Counted from the stretch's first letter, positions 13,003 to 26,854 are shown. The stretch is DNA of 64,000 bases from Camelus ferus (GCF_009834535.1 NC_045696.1:64110001-64174000); one strand, 5' to 3'. The notes: generated from the letters alone by a model not told the origin. Made by a program: numbers and translations.

Positions 13003-13215
13003 GAGGCCATTATTGAAAATAGAGCCCTGTGGATGATAATCAAAAGATGTTTTGGCTATCAATCAAAAAGCCAGTATCGGATATGGCAGAGAGCCCTGGC
13101 AGATGACCCCAGTTGGCCCCCGATAAACCAGACCTCCTACTCTGACATGCCCAAATGTGGCAGGGGTGTGTCTTACAGCAACCCGGTGTTTGAGAGCAAC
13201 GAGGAACAGCTGTGA
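13003..13215 (+). CDS. ATP13A4: ATP13A4 terminal coding exon (EAIIENRALWMIIKRCFGYQSKSQYRIWQRALADDPSWPPINQTSYSDMPKCGRGVSYSNPVFESNEEQL*)
   Basis: Polypyrimidine tract and cag ending at 13002; TGA at 13213-13215. C-terminus YSNPVFESNEEQL matches recalled ATP13A4. Confidence 0.96.
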   Translation, partial: EAIIENRALWMIIKRCFGYQSKSQYRIWQRALADDPSWPPINQTSYSDMPKCGRGVSYSNPVFESNEEQL

Positions 13216-13725
13216 AGGCAATGTGATATCCAAGGTTATATAGCATAGAAACGATGACTAAAGGGACCGTTTTCAGTGATTTTTAAGCAATGAGACTCTT
13301 AGAACATTCAGCTGGAGTTTTGGGAATTAAAAACTTCCCCAAGCATGGTGACAAATTAAAATCTTTTTGGTAAAATACTTTCTACGGAGCAGAACACTGC
13401 CCTCGGAGAGTGTTTTCTCTTGGCTTCTGAAAGTACTAGAGGTGTTCAGTGAATCAAGAATGTCCCAGGGATGGCAATGAGCCAAGAGATTGGGAGGCTG
13501 AAGGAGGAGCGTAGGTAATCTTTCTTCTTAGATAACGTATTTGTTAAATGAGTTGAGGGTATATAGCATAGAACTGTAACATGTTAAAGATCATTTTTTG
13601 AATTCTTATTTCATTGATGGAAAAACAAACACACAAGAACCATCATACCGATCTTCACTGCCTGGTTTCCTTCTCTTTGTGGTGCTTTTCAGATCTGAGA
13701 TGTTTCCTTCTATTTCTGGACTTCT

Positions 13726-14030
13726 GCGTATTGGTCAGGATAGGCTAAGTGGGTGCTGCAATAATAGGCAACTCCGGGATCTCAGTGCCTTAACATTTGA
13801 GAGCTTCTTTCTTGGTCCAGGTGACTCTTTAGAATAGCTCTCCTTGAAGTGGTGACTGGCTCCAGCCTGATGGCTCCACCAACTCAATACAAGGACTCCT
13901 CGTGTGCCGTGAGAGGGGGAGGAAGATGGGGGTTCTTCACTGCCTCAGCCCAAAGTAGCCCATATCGCTTCCATCACTCACACCCCATTAACCAGGGATT
14001 TGGCAAAGGAGCTGGGAAGTACTGTCTTTA
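13726..14030 (-). mobile_element. MaLR LTR fragment (MLT1-like) in the probable ATP13A4 3' UTR
   Basis: gtattggtcaggataggctaag…gctgcaataa…atctcagtgccttaaca resembles an MLT1 end. Confidence 0.5.
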
Positions 14031-14031
14031 C

Positions 14032-14206
14032 TAGGGCTGGCTTCATGGGCATGTGATCTGGCAGTCATACAGTGCCTCCTGCTCAAAAGGGCCCCTATAC
14101 TTGGTTTAATACTCTGCTGTTGCCATCTTTAAACTCTTGATTTTTGAGTAAGGGTCCCCGCACTTTTGCTTTGCATCGGGCCCCACCAGTTGTGTAGTTG
14201 GTCTGG
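14032..14206. mobile_element. MER91A-like hAT MITE
   Basis: agggctggcttcatgggc…gggcccc…cttggtttaatactctgctgttgcc…gggcccc…tgtagttggtct matches the recalled consensus. Confidence 0.75.
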
Positions 14207-16492
14207 TTTGTATTCCTGGGAAAGAAAGGAAAGCAGCACATATCAAAGAGCACGAATACCACCCACTAAACTCTGTCTCCTGACCCTGTGAACTTCTGTG
14301 TTCTAGGACCCCTCGTCTCACATGCACAACTCCCAGAATTTCCACCCCTCTGCTCTGTTATTTTTGAGAAAAGTTAATCTCATGCATCAACATTCCACAT
14401 TACCATTAACATATGTCCTCCTGCAATCTACACATTTCTCAAGTTTGAGGCTTTAGTTTTCAGAAAACAAAAATCTCCCTTATCTTCTCACGACTACAAT
14501 TTGGTTATATTGGATTCATTCAACATGGACAGCACCCAGGTTTCTGGAAGCTCAGCAGGCAACACTGAATTCTAGAAAACCAGCCACAAATAGTATTTGA
14601 AAGCTAAAGCAAACTTTTCATGTTCTGGGCATGGAGTGAGTCCCTGACTGGCTTTGCTACTTACCAAAAGCATCTGGAAGCTTTCCCTTCCCCGGCTGAA
14701 CTCCTGAGCATGGCCGGTAATTCTGGGGACATGGTGTTTCTCAGCCGCAAAGTTACCTGGTTGCTTCTGGTTTTAAAATAGGGTGTGAAGAATCATTAAA
14801 ACAGAATGCAGACTCTGTCTTCCTTGGTACAGAAAGAAATGTTTCCTTCTACAAAGTCAGCCTGAGTGGTGAGATGGCAGCTCTATATGTCTCTTCCTAA
14901 AACTGATAGTTTTTTTCCTTTTTTCAAATATTGTGGGCGGGGACAAGCTACAGTCTACTGATGAGCAAGAGTAGGGTGCTCCGGTCATACTTTGAGGAGC
15001 CCCTCACCTAATGCTGTCACCTCTAGCCATCTGAATTGTGATATTCTTCCAGGACTCAGACAAGGAAGGGCTTACCATCCCCACCTTGCAGGTGAGAAAG
15101 CTGGGATGCACGGAGAAGAGAGCACACCCAGAGTACAGACACAGCTCTTCTGAGTGAACCTTCTGTTACTTCCAAATACCTCCTAATTACTGAGCTCCAG
15201 CAGGGCAGGGTGCATGGCATGACCTCTCCGTCAAACAAAGAGTGAATTTCTTATTTGCCAGGTGCAAGGAGGCGAGCCTTTGCACATACCAGGGCCTTCT
15301 GTTCAAATGAATGCCAGGAAGCCTGCCAGGCCGGGGCTGGAGGTGTGTTCAGAACAAAACAAAACCCTGAACCACAGGGCTTTGTCTGTTTGTTTTTCTG
15401 AAACTCAGTGTTGCTTTTGTCTTGACCCAAAGTGATTCCACCCTCAGAGAGTCAGACACAGCTGGTAAGGAACAGGGATGGAGGACTCTGGTTCCTCACT
15501 GGCCAACCAGCCCTAGAATCTTTGCAAAAGGGACTCCTTCTAAAGATGGTTCTTGAGACTAACTACATCTCAGACGCAGTAAGGGAAAGAGCAGGAAGTG
15601 TTCAGCTTGGGAAAATGGGCGTTCACGGCACGGGAGAATTGTATTCAAATACTTGAAGAGATTACCTTGAGGACGAAAGCACTGACCTGGACTGAGTGTC
15701 ACCACCTGTGGGTGAAGAGCAGGCTGGGAAGCACTTCAGGTCAGCACGGCCAGAGGAGGAAGCCGGCGACCTCACGAGGTGTGAGCTCTGTGACTGTTGG
15801 TGGTTCCAGTGGATATTCAAAGACTAATTAGCAAAGGAGGTCAAGTATCGGATGAAACTCAGTTACCTGCGGGGCTCCTTTCAGGCTTGATACGCCCAGT
15901 GTGTCATTCTCAGGCTGCTGTGGGAACCCTTGGCTACTGCTGCCCACACGGAACATGAGGCTGAGCCTGTGGGAAGCGGGGCTGGGGAGGTCCCATGGTG
16001 TGACCTGACTGCTCTGTACCTTGGAGGGTGGCTTCTGATGGGAACAGGAACCTGGAAAAGAGGTGCACAGTGAGGGGTCCTGACTGCCAAATTAACAGCA
16101 GGGAGATACTTCTGATGTGTGTATTTTCTTAGAAAATGATGCTTGAAATTTTTGAGGACAAGAAGCACTCTCCCACGAGAGTGCTCCAAACTCAAAGGCT
16201 GAACTACCTGTGCCCAGTATCTTTCCTGACCAGGACTTGGAGGAGAAAAGGACACAGCCACCTGGTCCAAATCATTTGAGAGGGTCCCCTGTATGTTCAC
16301 TCCAAGGCATGCAGCTCTTACCTGCAGAGAAGAACCGGGACTCCCGGCTCGCCTCACTAAATATGTGATGATGGAAATAGAGACTGGAAATACGCCTGTT
16401 CCATCTGTGTCCTTATGTGCTTGCAGAAGTGTGCATTACACACACACACACAGATGTGACACCTGGAAAAAGTGATTATTTATTCAGAGCCT

Positions 16493-16565
16493 TGTATGTA
16501 GTGTATGCTATAATAAATTATTTTGTACAAAAGAGACAAGTAAAATCTATCATTCTGTTGTTCTA
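16493..16565 (+). terminator. Probable ATP13A4 cleavage/polyadenylation signal
   Basis: AATAAA at 16512-16517, the first I found after the stop. Three TGTA motifs lie immediately upstream (16493, 16497, 16502) and a T/GT-rich stretch lies downstream (~16554-16564). Confidence 0.6.
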
Positions 16566-17336
16566 AAATCAGTCTCTCTCTCTCTCTCCAGTGAAGTCTT
16601 TCACTCTGGCTAAAAAAATGACATGATCTCCGCCAATAATGTCGAGATAAAGCAACAGCTTTACGAAGTCCCAGGGACTCCTAACCCTGCGGGGCTGTGA
16701 CCCCCAGCTTTGTACACAGGGTGCCATGGTCTGAGGAATACTTTCATCTTCATTCTTCCATTTAAGCCTCGTAACAATCTTAGGAGGAAGTCAGGGCAAG
16801 GATTACTATCCTCCTTTTCACAAGGTATCAGATCCTCCAAAGGCTGAGTGACTTGTCCGAGGGCACACAGCTCATAAGAAGAGGAGCTAGAGCTGGATTC
16901 AGACCCAGGACCTCTGCCTGTGAATTCCCTGCTGTGTCCGTTTTCCACATTGTTTTCTGCAGGATGAAATGTTTGTGGCACCACCACATGGGAAGGCAGG
17001 TGAGGCAGCTTTCCGGTGGGTTGCCATCACGATCACGCTTTCCTCCAAAAAGACCTTTTATCTTTCCTAGAATTTCTCTTGAACCCAACCATCAATCACA
17101 GGAAAAGTCACCTCCCACAGCTGAGAGAGTAAAATCATAAAACTAGAGCCCTGTGAGCTTATTTCACGAGATCACATAAAGGTCTGGTTTTTGCCTTCAG
17201 CCTCCAGAAGCAGAAACCCGTATCTCCGCTTGAACTTTGCTCACCTCCTGTTTTGTACAGCATTTTAGGGTCACACGGATTTTCTCTTGGCTTTGTACCA
17301 TACTCACTTTTTAAAAATATATGTTATTTGTATCAC

Positions 17337-17615
17337 TTTATTTTTTATTGAAGTGTAGTTGATTTACAATGTTAGTTTCTGGTGTACAACAAAGGGATTC
17401 AGTTATACATATACATAGATATATATTTCTTTTCAGATTCTTTTCCATTATATGTTATTACATAAAATTGAATGTAGTTCTCTGTGCTATACAGTAGGTC
17501 CTTGCTGTTTATTTATTTTATATACAGTAATGTGTGTCTGTTAATCCCCACCCCCTAATTTATCCCTCCCTGCCATTTCCCCTTTAGTAACCATAGTTCG
17601 TTTTCTATGTCCGTG
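17337..17615 (-). mobile_element. L1 3' end
   Basis: ttttattgaagtgtagttgatttacaatgttag…gtaaccatag…ttttctatgtc. Confidence 0.85.
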
Positions 17616-19861
17616 CCATGATTACTTCTTTATGCTTAAAAAAAAAAAAACACAAAAACTTGAAAATTGCTGCTGCACAACTTTGTCTGCCCTTTGGTTT
17701 CCATTAGGCTTCTTAAAATGACCCTTTAAACTTTATCAACAAAATTACCTCTCCTTGGAGGCATTGAGAAAATCTTAGGATGAGTCACACTGGCTTTCCC
17801 AAACACACCAAGCTTGTTCCTTCCTCAGGAGGACTGCGGTGGCCATCCTTTCTGCCCTGAATGCTCCCCCACCCCCACCGGCTCCCACCCTCCTGGCTGA
17901 CTCCTCATTCAGGTTTCAACTCATTCATCACGTCCTCAAAGAAGCCTGCCCTGCCCTAACCACTTCATCTAAGGGTGTCCTCACCCCACTAGCTTGGCTT
18001 GTTTCTTACATAATACTTATGCAAACCCTTCAGGAGACCGAGGTGGAAACAATGCCATTTGTTCAAGATCATCCACCTGCAAAATGGGAGACCTGGGTAG
18101 AAAATCCAGGTCTACTGATTTCCAAACCCAAGTCTTTTATGTTCTTCGCCCCCAGCCAGATCCTGCTAATCCCATCAGCCCACCCACTGAGGAAAAGAAT
18201 GTAACATGTTGCACAGCAATGCCTGTGGTTGAATGAAGAGACTTCTAGGGGTTATCCAGACCCTTCCAGCTCTGTTTCCTTTGCTATCTCCTCCAGACTG
18301 TCTCTCCTTAGTGTTTCAACTCCATGAAAAATCTGATAAAGCCCTGGTCTGTGATAAAGGCTGCACACATATTGACTAAGGAAACTGTTGCGTTTCAAGT
18401 CGTGGGTGAGGGTGACTAGGCTGCTGGAAGGTCTCACATACGTTGCATGTATTATGCACTGCACAACTCAGCGGGGCACCATTCGTTTCACACTGTGTTG
18501 CAGGTCAAAAATGGTGGCTGTATGTGATATCAAGAAAGCTTTGTGGCTAAGTGAGATAGTTTTCTTTTGGAATCACAAACATGGGTATGCAATGAAGAGT
18601 CCCACCCGTTCCCCTCTCCAATCAGTTCTTAAATCCTTGCACACTCTTGGCAATATCTCTCATGTAGGACCTTGGCCACCACCTACCTAAATATGAATGT
18701 CTTAGCTTGTCTCCCCAACTGAGCTCTCTCTTCTATTTTTGCTTCTCAAGGTCTCCATTAATTTTATCGCCCACCTCTGATCTTGTCACATCCATGGTCA
18801 GAAACCTTTTGTAGTCTAAATTATCTACCAGATAAAATATACATTGTTTAGTAGGGAATTCAAGACCCTTTGTACTGGCCCCATCTCAGACGTTTCTCTA
18901 TCTTGTGCTCTGTGTTGCCACAAACTGTCATCCCCAGCATTCAGTAACTAGCTTATTCCCAACATACAGTAACCACTTTCCCACTCAATACCTCTGCTCA
19001 TGCTGATTTCTCTTTGAAATTTTACCCTTATCTTCATACATCCAAATCCCACCTATTTCTCAAGATCTAATTAGAATGTGACTGGACCTGCCAAGCCAAA
19101 AAGGAGATCTCTTTTATCTGCACACACATCACACTCTACGTATCGATCCTTTGAATAACAGGCAGTTCTTTTTACTTTGTATTATGGTTCTGGACTGTTT
19201 CAAATTCCTCCAAATCCTATACAACCCCACTTTAACTAAAGAGCACCTTTCTCTGGAGGTAGGGACCAAGCCTGATTCATTTCATCTTCCCACACTGCGC
19301 CTAGCACAGGGCCATGGTTGGAGTGCTGCAAGCAGCTGTGGCTTATGAGTCGATAAAAGAATATAATCACTGGGACACTTTGTTGATTAATTTCTCCTCC
19401 TTTGTCTGTGAACATCTGTTTTCCACTCGGTACAAAGAAGCTTAACTAAAACAATAGGACTGTGAATAAATACAACCAAAAGTACAAAGTATACTGATTC
19501 CAATGTGCTTGATGAGTTTGGCTCTCCATTTATACTGTGTGTGTGGGGAGGTGTGCTGTGGGATTAGAAGAGCTGGGTATATGCTACAAAGACCGTCTCA
19601 ATATGTAGAGGATGCTAGAAATTTATCTGTGAGCGTAGACTCTCCTAGAAGGGTACTCAACTCAAGGAAAGAGAGAATTGAGGCAAGCAACCATGTTTGA
19701 AAACCAAACATTGGGTATTAGGGTACAGAAGCGAAGTTTCAGTGCAACTGGGTGTGTATTTTTCAGTCTGTTCTCTGGTTTCACCCCACCTTTATGAACT
19801 TTTGCAAGAGCCCAAGGAAGAGAAAGCTATGATGAAATGAGAGATGAGACAGAGCTAGAGA

Positions 19862-19971
19862 TGGAGACAGAGATAGGGATTGAGGTGGAGACAGCGATAG
19901 GGATGGGGTGGAGACAGACATAGGGATAGGGGTGGAGACAGACATAGGGATAGGGGTGGAGACAGAGATAG
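19862..19971. repeat. Minisatellite, 23-24 bp unit (tggagacagacatagggatagggg), ~4.6 copies
   Basis: Unit starts at 19862, 19886, 19909, 19933 and 19957. Confidence 0.92.
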
Positions 19972-21859
19972 AGGCCCACTCTGTGATCGGTGTGTCAGAG
20001 TGTAATAAAGGCAGGGTGGAAGGAATCTACCTGTGACTTCTGTCACTTGGCAGTGATGTGACTGTGGGAGCATCGGTGGGAGATGCATTTTGCCAGTGGC
20101 TAGTGGTGTCACACAGAGACATATAGGTGACATAAACAGTCTGAGCCTGTCCCCAAATGGCTAAGGAAGGTAGAAAGTGGCTAAAGGAGATGGAGAATGG
20201 CGAGGTGTGATAGAGTGGTGTGCCACCTGGGGTCCCCTGCAACTGATCTCAGGGTCAGATCAGACCCACAGAAACCTCATGGAAGCTGCAGAGGTCATCT
20301 CAGAGCAGTGGTCTGTGGTCTGAGTGGGAGGGAAGAGCATGCTGTCACCAGGAGCCCTCCATGCAACATTCTGTGGACCTTCTCAATAACTCAGGAGGGG
20401 CTTCAGCATGGCAGTGCTTCTGTGACCCTGTTTTTGACTGCTGCCCCAGGTTTATGTGACCAGGGAAACATAGCTTGTAAAGACTGGAGAGATACCTCCC
20501 CAGGAAGTGAAGTGCACTTGGCGAAAGAGCAGGTAGGAACACTTAGGGGTAAAAGCACTCCGGGAAAGCAGCTCAGAGCCCCAGGGCCACTCCGTGCTCC
20601 TGATCTGCGCAGGAACTGAGCAAAGTACAAGATGAGGTGACTTGACAGCTGGGTGGGCGCTCTTTCTTGAAAGCCAACTCAGTTCTCTTGACCCAGCCCA
20701 AGGTTAGCTTTGAGGATATAAAGGCTTAAATAACCTCAAGAATTCAGCTGCAATCCATGACTAACTGGAAACTGGTTTGGTCTGGGGATAATGTTATAGG
20801 TTCAGATCCTCCCTAGATGAATGCTAGTTTGATCTGGATGCCAAGACTCCTACTTGGGAAAGACCAAATATTTGTGTCTGCCCACACCTTACACAGCAAG
20901 TGTCCCAGGGCAGAGCGGGTGGCTCAGGACTGGAGCCTATGTGGGGGCAGAGGTGACCTGTGGAGGCATAGGAACAGCCATGCTAGCTGAAGTCATAGGC
21001 TCTCGACAAGTACCCCCTTCTGACCTCATCTCCGGGACCACACAGTATTCAGATAAAGTCAATCTCAAAAGTGCCTCTTTTGGGCAATGGCATGTGGCAG
21101 CTCAGAGTATAAGCGTAGCAGTCAGACAGGTATGAGCTCTAACCCAGACTTCTCTGATTTCTGCTTTTGAGCAAATTAGTTACTATGTCTACATCTTAGT
21201 TTCCTTGGCTATTGGCATGAGAATATTATTTATTATCTCATTCATAGCTGCAAAAATCCATGGAGATTAAATGTGGCACATAATTTCTTTTCCCACACTT
21301 CTCATGCTTTAAGGAGGATTTTAAAGTTTTGGCTTTGTATATAGTAGTTATTTAATGTGTTGTGTGAATCAGGGAAGGAGTAAGTGAAAGAACGCATAGG
21401 TGGAGAATAAATGAAATAATGGACACACTATAAACTTTCAGGGAATCGAATGAATATAATTCTTTTTTAATTAAAAGGTAATTATCAATGATTTACTAAT
21501 TGTTTAAAATTATTTTTCAGTTAATCTGCCTATTCTTTTTTATTTAAAATGAGATACACAGTGACCCACCACCAGCCTTTGTTTACAAAATCAATTATTT
21601 GTGTTTCCAGAGTCAACTTTCTTTTTAGAATTTATTTTACAGCCTGACTATCCTGAAGGACTGCTTTTTAAAATTAACCCTTCCTGGATGATTTCCAAGA
21701 CTCCAGAATCTCCTATAAGATGCAAAGACTTGTACAAAGCAGTCCCGATTCGGACATATTTGTAGGTAGTATTGAGTTGATTTTTTGCTGTCACATCATA
21801 TGTTAGCCCACTCTCCCCAGGGGAATAGTCCACAGCACTTCATAGGTTTCTTTTTGGAA

Positions 21860-22035
21860 CACAGTTCTCAAATTTGACCCACCATGAAACCCCCCAAGGA
21901 GCTTATTAGAAGTGAAGTCCTGGGCCTGGACTCAGACAAACTCAGTCAGTATCTCTGGACTAGGTCCTGGGGAGCCCAAACTTTATCAAGCTCTCCAGGT
22001 GATTCTGATGATGAATCAGATTTAGGAACTGTAAT
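21860..22035. mobile_element. MER5-like hAT MITE
   Basis: cagttctcaaatttg…aagctctccaggtgattctgatg…tttaggaactg. Confidence 0.65.
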
Positions 22036-23414
22036 CTTAAAAAAATAACTTAGATGATTTCCCCCTAAATGTACTATCTTGCATTTATCCCCACAGAGAC
22101 TCATCTACAATTTTCACCACCAGCTCCTGCTGTGCTGAGAGAATACTTTATGGTGTATTTCCTTTGGAAATGCTACGTTCCACTGTGCATTCTCGACTCT
22201 GTGTTATAAAAGCAGTCCCTGGTGGGAAGAAAGTCTGTTGACAGACTTCTCTCCCTTCGAGGTGAGCACGTCCATCCCTGCTCTTTGTTAGAGCTCTAAG
22301 TACTCCATTCTTGACAACACAATCACCTGCCGGCTAAGTTCAGTGAGAAAGCACTGCCCCTAGCCCAAGGCAAAAACATACAATGGTGTTTAATACCTTG
22401 TACTCTTAAAGCTAGTCGACAATTTATGTAAAGCTTCCACTCTTTAAGTCATTCAATCTAATCCATCCTTCAGATAAGGGAGAAAAAGCACAACCAATCC
22501 TGGTCTGAGGATCTCAGAGAATATTCATCTCTCCAACCAGGTTAGATCATCTGGAATCAATTAGCAAGAAATTAATTTGCTTCAGGACATCAATTCAGAG
22601 GGTGATATTCTGCTTAGGATAGATGATGGGCCCAGCTCACTCTGGAAAGCCTAAGTCCATTCCCCGTTTTTATAACCATCCCACCCCACCCCAGCTGTTT
22701 TCTTTCTGGGGAAGCCTCTCCGATCGACAAATGTTATTGAACCTCTGTTCTTCGAGTGGAGACCACACCGATTGCAGAAATGCCATTGTTCTTCTGGCCA
22801 GCATCCTGCATTGTCTCAATGGTCGACAGTGAGGGGAGCAGAGGTGTGAGTGTGGTGTTCACCAAGATACTGCTCTGACAGCACTGGGGCATCTTTTTGG
22901 CCACTGGTCAGACTCTGATAGGTGACTTCCCTGACAAACACAGTTAACTCTTGACAGTCATTCTCACTGGCATTTCTCGTACTCAGCTGACAAGCCATGC
23001 AACTGGCAGTCTGTGTAGATTTGTTCTTGTGGCCAATTGTCTGGAAACCTCTCCAGAAGATTAAATTAAACAGACATTCTGTTCCTGTCCTGCTACTAAA
23101 ATACAGAGTGCCAGGTCAATGCGGTATAAGCTTTGGCAAGCCTGAATTTCTTGACAAGAGTCAATACATTTCCAGGAGCATAAAATGAGCTATTGAATTC
23201 ACCTGGAATAATCATAATAGCTTAGGCAGAAAGAATGGTTAGACCTAACCACTGGAGGCTTCGGCGTGAGGGAGCTGGTAAGAGCCAAGCGGGACAAAGG
23301 CAAGAGGAAACCTGCTTATACAGCAGGTAGTTCCCCTCCCTGGCCCTCCCCTACAATAGAAATGAGTTGATGGTGCCTCCATAGATCCGGGATGGGGGTT
23401 ACAAATATTAGGAA

Positions 23415-23800
23415 CCGTTAGTTCTTTTCTGAAGTTGGATTCCCCGGAAGCAGACACTAAGCCATGGATTTAGGGGCAAATATTTTATTAAGGAAGTATT
23501 CCTAAGAGAAACTGGTAAGGGAGTGGAAGAAAACACAAGGGAAAATGTGACTTTGGGCAAAGTCTTAACCTCAACCCGATGATGTCAGGGAGCCTTGGAA
23601 TGTAAACTTACCCCTGCGTCTCGACTCTTCGCAAGGGAGCAGAGCTTCAGACTTCAGCCTTAGCCATTGGCTCAGGGCTGCTTGGGCCAGATAGGGGTGG
23701 GGAGTAAACTCCAGAGGCTTTTGGGTCTTTGCTAGGACAGGCAAAGGGGCTCACAGACAATCCTCTACAGGGAGTCGCAGGTACATTAGAAGAAAATGCA
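23415..23800. mobile_element. ERVL LTR16-like remnant
   Basis: gttggattccccggaagcagacact…ggatttaggggcaa…tttatt. Confidence 0.5.
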
Positions 23801-26800
23801 TAAATGCCTGCGGAGGCATTGAGGCATTCAAGCAGATGTGAACAGACCACAAACAGTGTTGATCCCAGTTCTGTTTTCCACTCTGCCACTGACCATTCTA
23901 AAGCAAAAATTCTGTAAATATTTACTTAATATGAAGAATGACATAGTGTAAAGCAGATTCCCCAGGCAGGGAAAGAGTGACTTACTCATTTCCACATTAC
24001 TTATTGAACGCCTGCCACATCTGCCACTCCCTGCACTAAGTCCTTGGATCTGAAGATGAATAGTTCTTTCCCTGGAAAGTGCAAAGTGCCACTATAGACT
24101 TACATGTAAAATTCCACGGGAATGGTCCCCAAATCAAAGTCGGAGGACCCAAAGGCAACGAGGCCCCCAAGCCTGGGACATATAAAGCATTAACAAAATA
24201 GAACTGACTCCATAGTAGAGTAAGTAAGTTAATACTTTTTTTTAATGACTGAAGACACAACATTTTAAAAATCCTAAACAGGAGCAAATGAAATATAAAA
24301 ACAGTAACTGCTTCAATGGTCTGCACCAAATCACAGTGTCTGCACTGCATAAGGTAACTTCTACAATAAAGATCAAGTAGAGCCTAGGGCTTGATCCAAG
24401 CTCTGGTACTTGACTCCCGTGAGGGCCAAGGAAGCTCGGCTGCCTAACTTGTGTCTCTACCCCTAAGGAGGGCAGATGCACAGCCACGCCTAGAACAGGA
24501 GCAGACAGGAGCGCCCCAGAGAAAAGCCATCAGCAGAAGAGGAGGAGCCGTCTCCTTATCGACCAGGACACAGCAGTTAAGTGAGCCGGGTGGAATATTT
24601 CTCTCCCCTTGGATTCACTTCACATACTCTAATCAGAAGTCCCTGGGCTGCTTAGTTTTCTGTTACAAGCTCAGATACTCCAAAAATCAATCACTTTCAA
24701 ATGTCCTAACTTCCACCAACAAATTCTGAACACCTAGTTTCTGTAGGAGGAAGGTACCTCAAAGGCTCCAACTAAGCAATGAACGATTTACACATTGGTG
24801 ACGAGCTGAATTTGAGCCTGTCCATGACAGATGAGCTTGTGAAGCCCTTCTGTGGTAGAGGTCCTAAGAGCAGCTGCAGGAAGGTAGAGGATGCAGAAGA
24901 TTTCTATTCCAGAGCATGGCAGCAGTAGACTGAGCTCAAGGGCAGGGTTCCAGCCTCATTCATTGTTAGATCCTCATCTCAGGGCCTGGAGCAGTGCTTT
25001 ACATATGGCGGCTTTTCACACGTGTCGGTAGAATTGAATTCAGAAGAGCCAAAGATGTTGGCAAGCTACTATTACTACTCCAAGGGGCACTTTTTGCCAA
25101 CCATATAAAATCTAATTTCTCAGCTAGAGAGCTCAGATTTCCATCCCCTGGCTTTAACTTAGGTATCTAGTGCTGTCTTCCTAGGCTTTTCTTCAAAAAG
25201 AGTAAAACAGAGTGCACATTGCAAATTTAAACATTTGTGTATGGTGAGTGCAAATCTTAGTTCATACTTGAAATATTTTACTGAATTTGAATAATGTCTT
25301 TAAAATTGAAATTTATTTTTCTTTTCAAATTTTAAGTTGTTTGTTTTAAAACTAAAGAGTGGGTCAAGAAAATAAAACTTTACATCACGTTGAACAATTT
25401 GATAAGTGCCCAAATTTTACCCTTTGTAGGTGTTTTGATTTTATTAAAATTCATGTCTTAGTTACCACAATGTTACTGTTAATTACAATGTATGCATTTT
25501 TCTTCTTTCGTAAAAATACATTAATAATATTTCAAAGTATTATTTCATTTCTTCTTTCTTCATGTACAGTAATATTTGTTTTTTTATTTTTTTAATTAAA
25601 GTTTATTTTATTTTTAAAAATTATTTTTACTGGTACAATTGTACATGCAAAATCCAATAAAAGATCATTTTAATATCTATGTTTATTAGTCGTTCTCATT
25701 TCATTTCACAAATAAAAAATCACTGGTCACGACTTTCTGAGCTCCAAGGCTAAGCTGCTCTAGGAAGCCCCGCCCACCAGTACTGAGTCTGCATCCCGGC
25801 TGTTCCCACAATTGCCCCACCCCACCACACACATCAACACACATCAACACAGTAGGTGGCTCTTCAACCCGTGGGCTTTCTAGGGGCTGGCTGAGCCACT
25901 GAGCTGTGATCGACTCTCTTGCTTACAGCAATCAGACAGTAGATCTTTTAAGCTTTTATATCCATTGCAGATCCTCCAGGAGGTAGGGTTTAAAGCAGAT
26001 GTGATTATTTCCCCTGCAGAACCTGTCCTCTGATGGCAGAAGCAAGTGCTCGATACTTAGAGAGCTTCCGGATTATCTAACACAAATTTTAATCTGATGA
26101 TTTCATTCTGTGTGGTGAATAGGCTGAACGTCAGCATGAATACTCCGGGGGCCAGGAAGCTCATTACCTCCAAGGCTCATTTGTGAGCAGTTGTGATTAT
26201 TAGAAGACTTGATGTGGAACAGAAAGAATGTTTATTCATCAGTTGAAAGGAGCTAAAGTCTTGGGTCTTGTCTGGAAGACGAAGTTTTGTCTTGTTTTTT
26301 TCCTCCCATACAAAAACAATAAATACATATACATATATATACCACCCAAAGATGGAGCAGCCAGTTTGACTCCGTTTATGAGCAAGCACACCGCTGCTTA
26401 CATTCCATGCTCAGTGCTTAACACAATCCCCCACTTCACTCCCTCGATCCTTAAGTCTTACTGCGATATCCCTGGATATCCCAAATAAGCTATGTTTTCT
26501 CACCTCTCTCGAACCTTTTCATACATTCTCTTCTCCTATTCTCTGGCCTAGAATGTGTCCACCATCTGCCACTATCCCCTGTTCCTCCCGCCTGGTTAAC
26601 TTGTGCTTGTCTTTGAGATGTCAGCATAGATGTCCTTCCTTCGGGAAGCTGTTCTTATCCCATCAAGTCTGAGTTCGATGTCCTTCCTACTGAAGAGGCT
26701 GCTCACTTGGCCTTCTCTCCCAGGCACCTGTATACTCTCTCAGGGTAGTGACTCTCCTTTTCACCACTGAGTCCCAAGGGCCCAGCACAATGTCCGGAAT

Positions 26801-26854
26801 ATCTGTTGTTCAACACATAATTGCAGAGTAAAGTTGAACAGAGTTGCAATGAGT

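Noticed and set aside
15881..16357. 158-aa minus-strand ORF
   Set aside because: No recognisable domain or exon structure; antisense to the probable 3' UTR; consistent with chance.
19855..20133. ORF with SPPLSLCL repeats
   Set aside because: Product of the 24-bp minisatellite.
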